From positions 179,602 to 203,601 of the forward strand of contig CAWHLE010000024.1 of the NCBI GenBank assembly GCA_963830155.1: a stretch of 24,000 bases of DNA, given 5' to 3'. Under the pieces are notes generated by a model. The model was not told the origin of the DNA, searched no databases, and was given only the letters and a program-made list of their open reading frames with translations. This document shows positions 1 through 7,970 of this stretch, in pieces. A program made the position numbers and the translations under genes. Every line of letters begins with the position of its first letter. The first letter of the stretch is position 1. Source of the DNA: an uncultured delta proteobacterium (GTDB lineage Bacteria; Desulfobacterota; DSM-4660; Desulfatiglandales; Desulfatiglandaceae).

Positions 1-1285
1 TAAGCGCTGGATCAACGATTTTGCCGCATCGGAGCAGGCCCGCACCGGTATCCCGAATCTGAAGGTGGGATTCAACCGGGTCTTTGGCTACTACATCGAG
101 ATTTCGAACAGCAATCGCCATCTCGTGCCCCAGGACTACGTCCGGAAACAGACCCTCGTCAATGGGGAGCGCTACATTACCGAATCGCTCAAGACCATGG
201 AGGACCAGGTGCTTGGCGCGGAAGAGCGGAGGGTATCGCTGGAATACGAAATATTCAATAGCGTCCGGGACCAGATCGCCGCGCACCATCGCCGCGTGCG
301 AGAGACAGCGGCCGTCATTGCGGAGATCGATGTCCTCTGCGGACTTGCCGAGGTAGCGGAAAGGAATCACTACACCTGTCCCGATGTGAACGAGGGTCCG
401 GAGATCGCCATCACCGAGGGGCGGCACCCGGTCATCGAGCAGACCGTCCGGGAGGAGGACTTCGTCCCCAATGACATCCTGCTCAATGACACGGACCAAC
501 AGATGCTTCTCATCACCGGACCCAACATGGCCGGGAAGTCCACCGTGCTCCGGCAGACGGCGCTTACGGTCCTGATGGCGCAGATCGGGAGCTTCGTTCC
601 CGCAAGGAAGGCCGTCATTGGGAGAGTGGACCGGATTTTCACCAGGGTGGGCGCCTCGGATGATCTGGCAAGGGGGCAGTCCACCTTCATGGTGGAGATG
701 CAGGAGACGGCCAACATCCTGCGCTATGCAACGCCCGCAAGCCTGGTCATCCTGGATGAAATCGGGCGTGGCACCAGCACCTACGATGGACTGAGTCTTG
801 CCTGGGCCGTTTCAGAGGCCCTCCATGACCGGGACGGCAAAGGGGTGAGGACCCTGTTTGCGACCCACTACCATGAGCTGACCGAAATGGCGGCCGTAAA
901 GCCCCGTGTCAAGAACTTTAATATCGCGGTCAAAGAGTGGGCCGATCGAATCATCTTTCTGAGAAAGCTCGTCCCAGGAGGGACCAACCGGAGCTATGGG
1001 ATTCAAGTGGCCCGGATCGCGGGGCTTCCCGAGGACGTGCTGAAACGGGCCAAGGAAATCCTCGAGAACCTGGAAAACCTTGAATGGGATGGCACGGGCC
1101 GCCCCAGGCTGGCCCGGACAAAGGAGAAGCGGCCTACAAGGGAGACGGTCCAGATGAGCCTTTTCACCGCCCGCGAATCCGAGCTCATGGAGCGAATTCG
1201 GGATCTAAACATCCAATCCATGACGCCCCTGGAGGCCATGATCGAGTTGGACCGGCTCAAGCAATGGGTGGAGGCCATGCCCTGA
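1..1285 (+). CDS. mutS: DNA mismatch repair protein MutS, C-terminal part (5' truncated by window edge; reading frame open from base 2)
   Basis: Open frame from base 2 (KRWINDFAASEQARTGIPNLKVGFNRVFGYYIEISNSN...); Walker A TGPNMAGKST, Walker B/signature LVILDEIGRGTSTYDGLSLAWAV, ATHYHEL; stop at 1283-1285. Confidence 0.97.
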   Translation, partial: KRWINDFAASEQARTGIPNLKVGFNRVFGYYIEISNSNRHLVPQDYVRKQTLVNGERYITESLKTMEDQVLGAEERRVSLEYEIFNSVRDQIAAHHRRVRETAAVIAEIDVLCGLAEVAERNHYTCPDVNEGPEIAITEGRHPVIEQTVREEDFVPNDILLNDTDQQMLLITGPNMAGKSTVLRQTALTVLMAQIGSFVPARKAVIGRVDRIFTRVGASDDLARGQSTFMVEMQETANILRYATPASLVILDEIGRGTSTYDGLSLAWAVSEALHDRDGKGVRTLFATHYHELTEMAAVKPRVKNFNIAVKEWADRIIFLRKLVPGGTNRSYGIQVARIAGLPEDVLKRAKEILENLENLEWDGTGRPRLARTKEKRPTRETVQMSLFTARESELMERIRDLNIQSMTPLEAMIELDRLKQWVEAMP

Positions 1286-1301
1286 AGATGAGAATGACCG
1301 A

Positions 1302-3026
1302 ATGAAGCACATAGCCACCGTCATTTCAGCCGCTTTTGCCATGTTTCTCCTCTTCATGGGTGGTTGGGCCCATGCAGAGCCCCCAGAAGGGCCTGCCAGC
1401 CTGTTGGCCGCAGCAGATCAGTGTCGGGGTGCCCTGTACCGGTCCAATAAAGGCATGCGCTACCGGCAACAGTGGTCCAAGTGTCTCGGCCTTTATGAAG
1501 CGGTCTACTCCCAATACCCGGCGACCGACGAGGCGCCCCGGGCCTTGTATCAATCTGCCCGAATGCTCATGCGACTCTACCCCTACTCCGGGAAGAAAGA
1601 GGATTTGGACCAGGCCATTGACCTGTGCAGGCGTCTTTCAGAGGGGTACCGTACCCACCGACTGGCTGACGACGCCCAATACATGATCGGTGAGATCTTC
1701 TACGAGCACAAGAAAGATCTGGCGCAGGCCTATGTGGAATTTCTGAAGGTGGAAGTGAGGTTTCCTGCAGGTGACATGCAGCCGGCTGCGAGAAAGATGC
1801 TGGACCGGCTGGCCCTGGATCTGGACAGAAAAGAGGAAGCGAAAAGGGCTGCGGAAAGGGGTGATTCGGATTCTCGGCTTGTCTTGGTCACCGGCGTGAG
1901 GCATTGGTCAACGCCGACCTATACGAGGGTGGTCATCGACCTGGACAGCCCAACGAAATACACCCATCACCTCCTGAAGCCCGACCCAGGCCTGAACACG
2001 CCCCGGAGGCTCTACGTGGATCTTGAAAAGGCAAGGGTTTCAGCCGAGATCGACAGCCAGATACCTATAGGAGACGGCCTGCTCCAGCGTGCCAGGGCGG
2101 GACAATACACGCCTGACAGCGTGCGCGTCGTGCTGGACACGGAGAGCCTGGGCGGGTACAAGGTTTTCCCCCTTTACGACCCCTTTCGGATCGTGGTGGA
2201 TGTGAAGCGCCAGGAGGAAGAGAAGCCCGCCCCCCCTCCTTCTGCAGCGAAGGCCAAACCGGTCCCCGTGCGAAAAGGTATTCGAAGGGCCGAGACGCCG
2301 GAGAGTACCGCCAGCCTGGCCAAACAGCTTGGGCTGAGCGTGCGCAGAATTGTGATCGACCCTGGGCATGGCGGAAAGGATCCGGGTTCCTATATCTCAG
2401 GGGGCATTGAGGAGAAGGACGTCGTCTTGTCGCTGGCCAAGGTGGTTGCCGACAAGATCCATCGTGAGGTGGGCTGTGAGGTCTATCTGACCCGCGCGGA
2501 AGACGTCTTCCTCCCTTTAGAGCGCCGGACCGCCATCGCCAATATGAAGAAGGCCGATCTCTTCATATCGCTCCATATCAATGCCCACAGGGATTCAGCC
2601 ATCCATGGGCTTGAAACTTACTTTTTGAATGTCACCACCGATGAGAGTGCGGTGACGGTGGCTGCCCGGGAAAACGCAACCTCCGAGCACAATATCAGCG
2701 ATCTCCAGAAGATTCTCAACGACCTCCTGCTGAACACGAAGATCCACGAATCCAGCCGGTTGGCCCACCAGGTCCAGAAGGGGATGCTGCACCAGGTGGG
2801 CAGCCGCTTCAACCAGATTCGGGACCTGGGCGTGAAGCAGGCCCCTTTCTATGTGCTCATCGGCGCTGAAATGCCCGCCATTTTGGTGGAAACGGGTTTC
2901 ATCACCAATCCCAGAGAACGGAAAAGGCTACTCACCCGCACCTATCAGGAAACGCTCGCCGATGGCATCGCAGAGGGCATCAAACGCTATATCCGTGGTA
3001 TCGAAGAAGTTTACCAGGGCGGGTAA
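1302..3026 (+). CDS. N-acetylmuramoyl-L-alanine amidase (signal peptide, TPR-like N-terminal region, AMIN domain, Amidase_3 catalytic domain)
   Basis: N-terminal signal sequence; AMIN-like VTGVRHWSTPTYTRVVIDLDSPTKY; Amidase_3 motifs IVIDPGHGGKDPG, SLHINAH, ETGFITNPRER. Confidence 0.93.
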   Translation: MKHIATVISAAFAMFLLFMGGWAHAEPPEGPASLLAAADQCRGALYRSNKGMRYRQQWSKCLGLYEAVYSQYPATDEAPRALYQSARMLMRLYPYSGKKEDLDQAIDLCRRLSEGYRTHRLADDAQYMIGEIFYEHKKDLAQAYVEFLKVEVRFPAGDMQPAARKMLDRLALDLDRKEEAKRAAERGDSDSRLVLVTGVRHWSTPTYTRVVIDLDSPTKYTHHLLKPDPGLNTPRRLYVDLEKARVSAEIDSQIPIGDGLLQRARAGQYTPDSVRVVLDTESLGGYKVFPLYDPFRIVVDVKRQEEEKPAPPPSAAKAKPVPVRKGIRRAETPESTASLAKQLGLSVRRIVIDPGHGGKDPGSYISGGIEEKDVVLSLAKVVADKIHREVGCEVYLTRAEDVFLPLERRTAIANMKKADLFISLHINAHRDSAIHGLETYFLNVTTDESAVTVAARENATSEHNISDLQKILNDLLLNTKIHESSRLAHQVQKGMLHQVGSRFNQIRDLGVKQAPFYVLIGAEMPAILVETGFITNPRERKRLLTRTYQETLADGIAEGIKRYIRGIEEVYQGG

Positions 3027-3035
3027 CTGGTGGCC

Positions 3036-4158
3036 CTATGAGTGGTGCTGCCCCTTGTGGGCAGATTTCATTTTCAGATAGGCGTTAATGAACACGTCGA
3101 TCCCCCCATTCATGACGCCTTCCAAGTTCCCCACTTCCACGTCGGTCCTGTGGTCCTTCACCAGCCTGTAAGGGTTAAACACATAGGACCTGATCTGGCT
3201 TCCCCAGGCGATATCTTTTTGGTTTTCATGAAGTTCCTGCTTTTTATCATCCAACTTCCTTTTTTCGCGATCATAGAGCTTGGCCCTTAGAAACTTCATG
3301 GCCATGTCCTTGTTTCGGTGCTGGGATTTTTCGTTCTGGCACTGAACCACGATTCCTGTGGGAAGATGAGTGATCCTAACCGCGGAACTGGTCTTGTTGA
3401 CATGTTGCCCGCCCGGGCCGCTGGCACGGAACGTGTCTATACGTAAGTCCTTCTCATCGATTTCAATTTTGATGTCCACGTCCACTTCGGGCAGGACCGA
3501 CACCGACGCAAAAGAGGTGTGTCTTCTTCCGGTTGCGTCGAAGGGGGAGATGCGCACCATACGGTGAATCCCGCTTTCGCTCTTGAGGTGACCATAGGCG
3601 TAAGGACCGGACACGGTAAAGGCGATGTTCTTGATGCCCGCCTCTTCCCCAGCCAGGAAATCGATGATTTCGACCTTGAACCCCTTGTCTTCGGCCCACC
3701 GCCCATACATTCTGAAAAGCATCTCCACCCAGTCCTGGGCCTCCGTGCCGCCTGCGCCCGCATTGATGGCCACGATCGCATTTCGTGAGTCATCGGGTTC
3801 TCCCAGCAGGGAGTGAAATTCCAGAGAGGCGACTCCTTTTTGGATACGGGACACATCCCTTTCCAGTTCCCGCATGGTGCGTTCGTCATTCTCTTCTAAA
3901 GCTAGCTCGGCAAGGATTCTTGCATCTTCGGTCTCCTCGTGGTACTGCCGCCACCGATCGATGGTCTCTTTCAGAGAGGCGCGCTGCTGCCCCATCTGGG
4001 AGATCTTTTCCTGGCTGTCTTTCCAAAAAGAGGCCTCGGACATGATTTTGTCGATCCTTTCAAGCTCCTTTTCCTGGCTCTCCAAGTCAAAGATGACCTC
4101 GAAGTTCCTGAAGCCTGTTCGTGATATCATCAATCCGGTGTATGACGTTGCCTTCCAT
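3036..4158 (-). CDS. prfB: Peptide chain release factor 2, expressed through a programmed +1 frameshift (0-frame ATG at 4158..4156; in-frame TGA at 4089..4087; main frame from the GAC at 4088..4086 to 3036)
   Basis: First ORF reads MEGNVIHRIDDITNRLQELRGHL-stop; +1 frame continues DLESQEKELERIDKIMSEASFWKD. RF2 SPF anticodon motif (RISPFDATGRRHTSFASVSVLPEV) and GGQ motif (RASGPGGQHVNKTSSAVRITHLPTG). SD AGGAG (4169-4173 complement) upstream of the ATG. Confidence 0.96.
3048..3074 (+). terminator. Possible intrinsic terminator for the mutS/amidase unit, embedded in the 3' end of convergent prfB
   Basis: CTGCCC-CTTGT-GGGCAG hairpin (3048-3064) followed by ATTTCATTTT. Short stem and overlap with prfB coding sequence make this uncertain. 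Confidence 0.35.
4086..4101 (-). promoter_or_regulatory. prfB programmed +1 ribosomal frameshift element (SD-like CGAGGT, 3-nt spacer CAT, slippery CTT TGA C)
   Basis: Minus strand reads CTT CGA GGT CAT CTT TGA CTT, aligning with the classical AGGGGG-TAT-CTT-TGA-C arrangement. Confidence 0.93.
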
Positions 4159-4220
4159 GATGGTCTTTCTCCTGAGTTTTTGACCCGGGCAAGCCGGAAT
4201 CAGATAGGAATTCCTTCTCT

Positions 4221-4280
4221 CGCAAAGACGCCAGGAACGCCAAGTCTTAAGTATTCCTTTAGCCCTTTGCGATCTTTGCG
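4221..4280. repeat. Intergenic inverted-repeat element (CGCAAAGA ... TCTTTGCG) between lnt and prfB
   Basis: CGCAAAGA at 4221-4228 and perfect reverse complement TCTTTGCG at 4273-4280; extra CTTTGCG copy at 4265-4271. Confidence 0.6.
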
Positions 4281-4371
4281 CCAGCAAGAGGTAGATTCTC
4301 TCCCCGAAGGCGGGACTGAACACCAATCATCTTGATTCGTGACAACTATTTTAATCTATTCCAAGATTTTT

Positions 4372-5985
4372 TCAAGAAGATACAGGACGTTTGGTCTCTT
4401 TGATCCCGTCCCCAGATCTTTTTAGTCCACCGAGGACCCCAGCCAGGCACATGATGATCGCCAGATAGGCGAACATATCCCCGAAACGGGTATAAAACGT
4501 CAACCCTCTATCGCTCAGGTGGAGGGTCGCTCTTAACGTTTCCTCCTCAAAAAGATCGGTCCTGTTCCTGATCCGCCCCCGGGAATCGATGATTGCACTG
4601 ATTCCGGTATTGGCAGCCCGTATGAGGGGTCTTCTGTTCTCCACTGCACGGAGCACGCTCATGCTCAGATGCTGGTAGGGTGCGCTGGAAACCCCGAACC
4701 ATGCGTCATTGGTCAGGTTGACCAAGACATCTGCCCCTTTCCGGACCATGGCCCTGGATATCTCCGGGAAGATGGCCTCAAAACAAATGAGGATTCCCGC
4801 TGACGCGTTTTTGAGCGCCACAGGGGCAATCCGGTCGCCAGGGGTGAAATCCCCTGCAGCGGGAGCCAATCGGTTTATAAATCCCAAGAGTCCTTTCAGC
4901 GGCACGTACTCGCCGAAGGGGACCAGATGGACCTTGTCGTAATACTGAATGGTCTTCGTGTCCGGCCGCAACAGGTAGGCCCGGTTGTAAAATTTCAACT
5001 GCTGGCCATCCCGCCTGTAAGCCGGGCTTCCGAAGATCAGGGCCGCTTTCGATTCCTCGACCAGGGAGAAAATGTCTTTGGCAAGTGCGGGTCCATCCTG
5101 GAAGAAGAGGGGCACCGCCGTCTCCGGCCACACGATCAAATCGGGCGAGAAATCGTATGTCGATCGGGTGAGCCGCTGATAACGGGCCATGGTTTCTTCC
5201 TGAAACGCTGGGTCCCATTTCACGGACTGATCAATGGAGGCTTGTATGACCACGCAGCGCAAGGTCTTGTCGGACTTCCCCGAATCGAGATTTGGAGGTC
5301 GCTCATCCAGTTTTTGGTGCCCGTAGAAGAGAGACATCATGATCAACAGCGCGGTTCCGAACGCGTAACGCCACACCCAGATCTGCCGCTTGACACGGAA
5401 TTGGGTGAGCACGTGGAAGAGGACCGTGTTGGTCAGCACGATCAGAAAGGAGAGGCCGTAGACGCCGGTTAAGTCTGTGAGCTGGATCAGCAGACCGTTT
5501 TCATATTGGCTGTAACCCAGCAGACACCAGGGAAAGCCGCTCAGGGCCTTTGATCGAAGGTATTCGAGCGCCACCCAAAGGAGGGCGGCGAAGAGGGGAC
5601 GGAGGTGATCAGTGCCCAAGCGCCCCAGCAGTCCGCCGAAGAGTGCAGGGAAAAGGGCCAGGTAGAGGCAGAGCAGGAAGAGCGGCCCCAGGTTCCATGG
5701 AAACGGCAGATTGCCGTATTTCCCCATCACGATGGCCACCCAGTAAATAAGGGTCAAATTGTGAGAAAGACCCGTAATGAACCCCAGCCGAAAGGCGCGC
5801 CTGAAAGGTTCACCCTTAAGACTGATGAGTAGGGGAACGAGGGCAAACCAGGCCACCCAGGGGGTCTTGCCCGGTGGGAAGGCTGCCGTGAGGATGATGC
5901 CTGAAAGGATCGCCAGGAAGGTCTTAAGGTTCTGACCGGCTTTGAACCGAAAGACCCGATGGGTTGGGGAAGACGTATCGGGCAT
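4372..5985 (-). CDS. lnt: Apolipoprotein N-acyltransferase
   Basis: Multiple hydrophobic segments followed by a nitrilase-like domain with catalytic contexts LIVWPETAVPLFF (Glu), YYDKVHLVPFGEYVPL (Lys) and GILICFEAIFPE (Cys). ATG start at 5985 (MPDTSSPTHRVFRF) preferred over the long upstream extension in the ORF track. Confidence 0.94.
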   Translation of the reverse strand: MPDTSSPTHRVFRFKAGQNLKTFLAILSGIILTAAFPPGKTPWVAWFALVPLLISLKGEPFRRAFRLGFITGLSHNLTLIYWVAIVMGKYGNLPFPWNLGPLFLLCLYLALFPALFGGLLGRLGTDHLRPLFAALLWVALEYLRSKALSGFPWCLLGYSQYENGLLIQLTDLTGVYGLSFLIVLTNTVLFHVLTQFRVKRQIWVWRYAFGTALLIMMSLFYGHQKLDERPPNLDSGKSDKTLRCVVIQASIDQSVKWDPAFQEETMARYQRLTRSTYDFSPDLIVWPETAVPLFFQDGPALAKDIFSLVEESKAALIFGSPAYRRDGQQLKFYNRAYLLRPDTKTIQYYDKVHLVPFGEYVPLKGLLGFINRLAPAAGDFTPGDRIAPVALKNASAGILICFEAIFPEISRAMVRKGADVLVNLTNDAWFGVSSAPYQHLSMSVLRAVENRRPLIRAANTGISAIIDSRGRIRNRTDLFEEETLRATLHLSDRGLTFYTRFGDMFAYLAIIMCLAGVLGGLKRSGDGIKETKRPVSS

Positions 5986-6007
5986 GAGGGGGCTCGGGGA
6001 AGCGGAT

Positions 6008-6967
6008 CTAGACGGAGTTCCCCTCCACCGCTTCAGGGGAGGCGGGGGAAGGTTTGCGGGAAAAGATGACTTTGTGAACTTTCCGAGGGTCGGCCTTCTG
6101 CACGGTGATCTCCAGATCGTCGTATACGAGGGTCTCCTTTTCTTTCGGTATCCTGCCCAGGAGGTGAAGGATGAACCCGCCGACGGATTCGTATTCGTCC
6201 TTAGGGAGCTCCCGGCCCAACCGTTCTTCAAGCTTTTCGATCTCAAGGCGCGCATCCACAAGCAATGAGCCGTCTTCCATCACGAGCAGCATGGGCTCCT
6301 CCGTATCATGTTCGTCCATGATTTCGCCTACGATCTCCTCGATGATGTCCTCGATGGTAATGATGCCCGCGGTCCCGCCGTATTCGTCCGTTACAATGGC
6401 CAAATGGGTTTTTCTGTCTTTAAGGTCACGGAGGAGTTCGCTCAACTTCTCCGACTCCGGTACAAGGAAGGGCTTTCGGAGGATGTCCTCCGGGACGGTC
6501 GATTCCACATCCCTTCCCCAAAGCCTCAGAAGGTCCTTCGCATGGAGAATGCCGACGATGTGGTCTATGCTCTCTTTGTGGATGGGAATACGCGTGTGGC
6601 CGCAGGAGGCCACCAGCCCAATAATCTCGCCCAGCGTTGCATCGGCCGGCGCGCTTGAGATCTCGGTTCGCGGGACCATGATGGAGCGGGTCGCGGTCTG
6701 TCGGAGGTGGAAAACGCCAAAGACCATGCGCGTTTCCAGCTCGCTGACAAACCCCTTGGCCTTGGCCTTCTTCATGAGGTCGAAGAGCGTTTGTGTCAAA
6801 TCAGAGCTATCCGCGAGATGGGTCTTCTTTCGGGTCAGGAATTTCAAGAGGCCCAGAAACCCTTGTTCGGAATCCTCTTCCAATGATACCCTCTGTCTAC
6901 TTTGCGAGCGTGATTGACGGTATGGGGGACTCTGTCTTGCGAGAAGTCCCGGCAAAAAATCGTTCAT
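6008..6967 (-). CDS. Hemolysin C/CorC-type CBS-domain protein with C-terminal transporter-associated domain
   Basis: RSIMVPRTEI, GHTRIPIHKESIDHIVGILHAKDLL, TDEYGGTAGIITIEDIIEEIVGEI(M)DEHD, ESVGGFILHLLGRIP. ATG at 6967 preferred over TTG at 6976. Confidence 0.92.
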   Translation of the reverse strand: MNDFLPGLLARQSPPYRQSRSQSRQRVSLEEDSEQGFLGLLKFLTRKKTHLADSSDLTQTLFDLMKKAKAKGFVSELETRMVFGVFHLRQTATRSIMVPRTEISSAPADATLGEIIGLVASCGHTRIPIHKESIDHIVGILHAKDLLRLWGRDVESTVPEDILRKPFLVPESEKLSELLRDLKDRKTHLAIVTDEYGGTAGIITIEDIIEEIVGEIMDEHDTEEPMLLVMEDGSLLVDARLEIEKLEERLGRELPKDEYESVGGFILHLLGRIPKEKETLVYDDLEITVQKADPRKVHKVIFSRKPSPASPEAVEGNSV

Positions 6968-6976
6968 AATGATCAA

Positions 6977-7005
6977 TATTTAGTTTTCGAGTGCCCATCT
7001 GTCAA
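6977..7005 (-). promoter_or_regulatory. Candidate divergent promoter for the CorC-like/lnt unit
   Basis: Minus strand TTGACA (7005..7000), 17-nt spacer, weak -10 TAAATA (6982..6977), very close to ATG 6967. Confidence 0.4.
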
Positions 7006-7019
7006 GATATTCTCTTGAC
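7001..7019. repeat. 19-bp palindrome GTCAAGA-TATTC-TCTTGAC containing the -35 boxes of two divergent promoters
   Basis: 7-bp perfect arms (7001-7007 and 7013-7019) with 5-nt spacer; TTGACA on - strand (7005..7000) and TTGACT on + strand (7015..7020). Confidence 0.65.
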
Positions 7020-7043
7020 TCACGACTTCGTATTGATTATGAT
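7015..7043 (+). promoter_or_regulatory. Sigma70-type promoter for tRNA-Gly
   Basis: TTGACT (7015-7020), exact 17-nt spacer, TATGAT (7038-7043), about 60 bp upstream of the tRNA. Confidence 0.8.
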
Positions 7044-7101
7044 TTTGCGTATCCAGGCTCTGGCATTCCCCCGGCATTAGGGCGTGCCGATGGAGAGGAG
7101 A

Positions 7102-7177
7102 GCGGGCATAGCTCAGCTGGTAGAGTACAAGCTTCCCAAGCTTGGTGTCGCGGGTTCGAACCCCGTTGCCCGCTCCA
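7102..7177 (+). tRNA. tRNA-Gly (anticodon CCC), CCA end encoded
   Basis: 76-nt cloverleaf: acceptor GCGGGCA/TGCCCGC, anticodon arm CAAGC-TTCCCAA-GCTTG, T arm GCGGG-TTCGAAC-CCCGT, discriminator T, CCA. Confidence 0.96.
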
Positions 7178-7225
7178 AGACGCTCCTTCGAGCTTGATGA
7201 TGGCCTGATTCCCTTTTTGAGGTTG

Positions 7226-7254
7226 CCACCCGAGGCCGGCGAGGGGGTGGTTTT
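7226..7254 (+). terminator. Possible first terminator after tRNA-Gly
   Basis: CCACCC (7226-7231) pairs with GGGTGG (7245-7250), followed by TTTT (7251-7254). Confidence 0.4.
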
Positions 7255-7343
7255 CGTCAGATCGCGGACTTGGCGTTGGGTTGATCATATCGCCCCATGG
7301 GCTTTATGTAATCAAACGGACAACATTTCAGTCTGTCATTTGG

Positions 7344-7372
7344 AAGCGGGCCTAAGGACCCGCTTTTGTTTT
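7344..7372 (+). terminator. Intrinsic terminator between tRNA-Gly and rimP
   Basis: AAGCGGG-CCTAAGGA-CCCGCTT hairpin (7344-7365) running into TTTTGTTTT. Confidence 0.8.
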
Positions 7373-7464
7373 GATGGCCAAGGGTTCTATGCCCATGGGA
7401 TGCTAGGGATGCCCACACCGTCATTCCTGCAACTTTTCCACGTGGCGCCCATCAGGGGAAGCTG

Positions 7465-7932
7465 ATGTCTCGTTATTCACAGTCTGTGGTGGACAGGGTT
7501 GTCGGCCTAGCGCAGTCCCTCATGGATGACATGGCCTTCGAGTTGGTGGACGTGGCGTTCGTCTCTGAGCGGGGCAGGTGGGTATTGCGCGTTTACGTTG
7601 ACAAGGAAGGCGGCATCACGCTGGATGATTGCGCACGGGTTAGCCGCGAATTGGGGACGCTGGTTGAGGTCCACGAGATCATCGACCAGCCTTACACCCT
7701 TGAGGTCTCATCACCGGGCCTGGACAGGCCGCTCAAGAAGGAGAAGGATTTCCGGCGGGCTGTCGGCATGAAGATAAAGATCAAAACGATTGCCCCTGTT
7801 GAGGGGCAGAAGAAGTTTGTGGGGCAATTGCAGGAGGTGCTGGAGGGGACGCTTATCCTCTTGGTTGAAAATAAACGGATCCCTGTCTCCATGGTGGATA
7901 TTGAACGGGCCAATTTGGTTTATGAATTCTAG
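7465..7932 (+). CDS. rimP: Ribosome maturation factor RimP
   Basis: VDVAFVSERGRWVLRVYVDKEGGITLDDCARVSRELGTLVEV..YTLEVSSPGLDRPLKKEKDF; position directly upstream of nusA. Confidence 0.95.
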   Translation: MSRYSQSVVDRVVGLAQSLMDDMAFELVDVAFVSERGRWVLRVYVDKEGGITLDDCARVSRELGTLVEVHEIIDQPYTLEVSSPGLDRPLKKEKDFRRAVGMKIKIKTIAPVEGQKKFVGQLQEVLEGTLILLVENKRIPVSMVDIERANLVYEF

Positions 7933-7970
7933 TGGGATGAATCCCTGCGTTTCCGCGGAGTCGAAAAACT

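Noticed and set aside
5985-6261. 92-aa N-terminal extension of the lnt ORF (MWMRALRSKSLKNGWAG...)
   Set aside because: It is out-of-frame translation of the 3' end of the upstream CorC-like gene; ATG 5985 is the sensible start.
6171-6917. 248-aa + strand ORF opposite the CorC-like gene
   Set aside because: Ser/Met-rich mirror translation of a well-supported minus-strand CBS-domain gene.
7037-7465. ORFs 7037..7288 (-) and 7142..7465 (+)
   Set aside because: Both overlap the tRNA-Gly gene and its terminators; no coding signatures.
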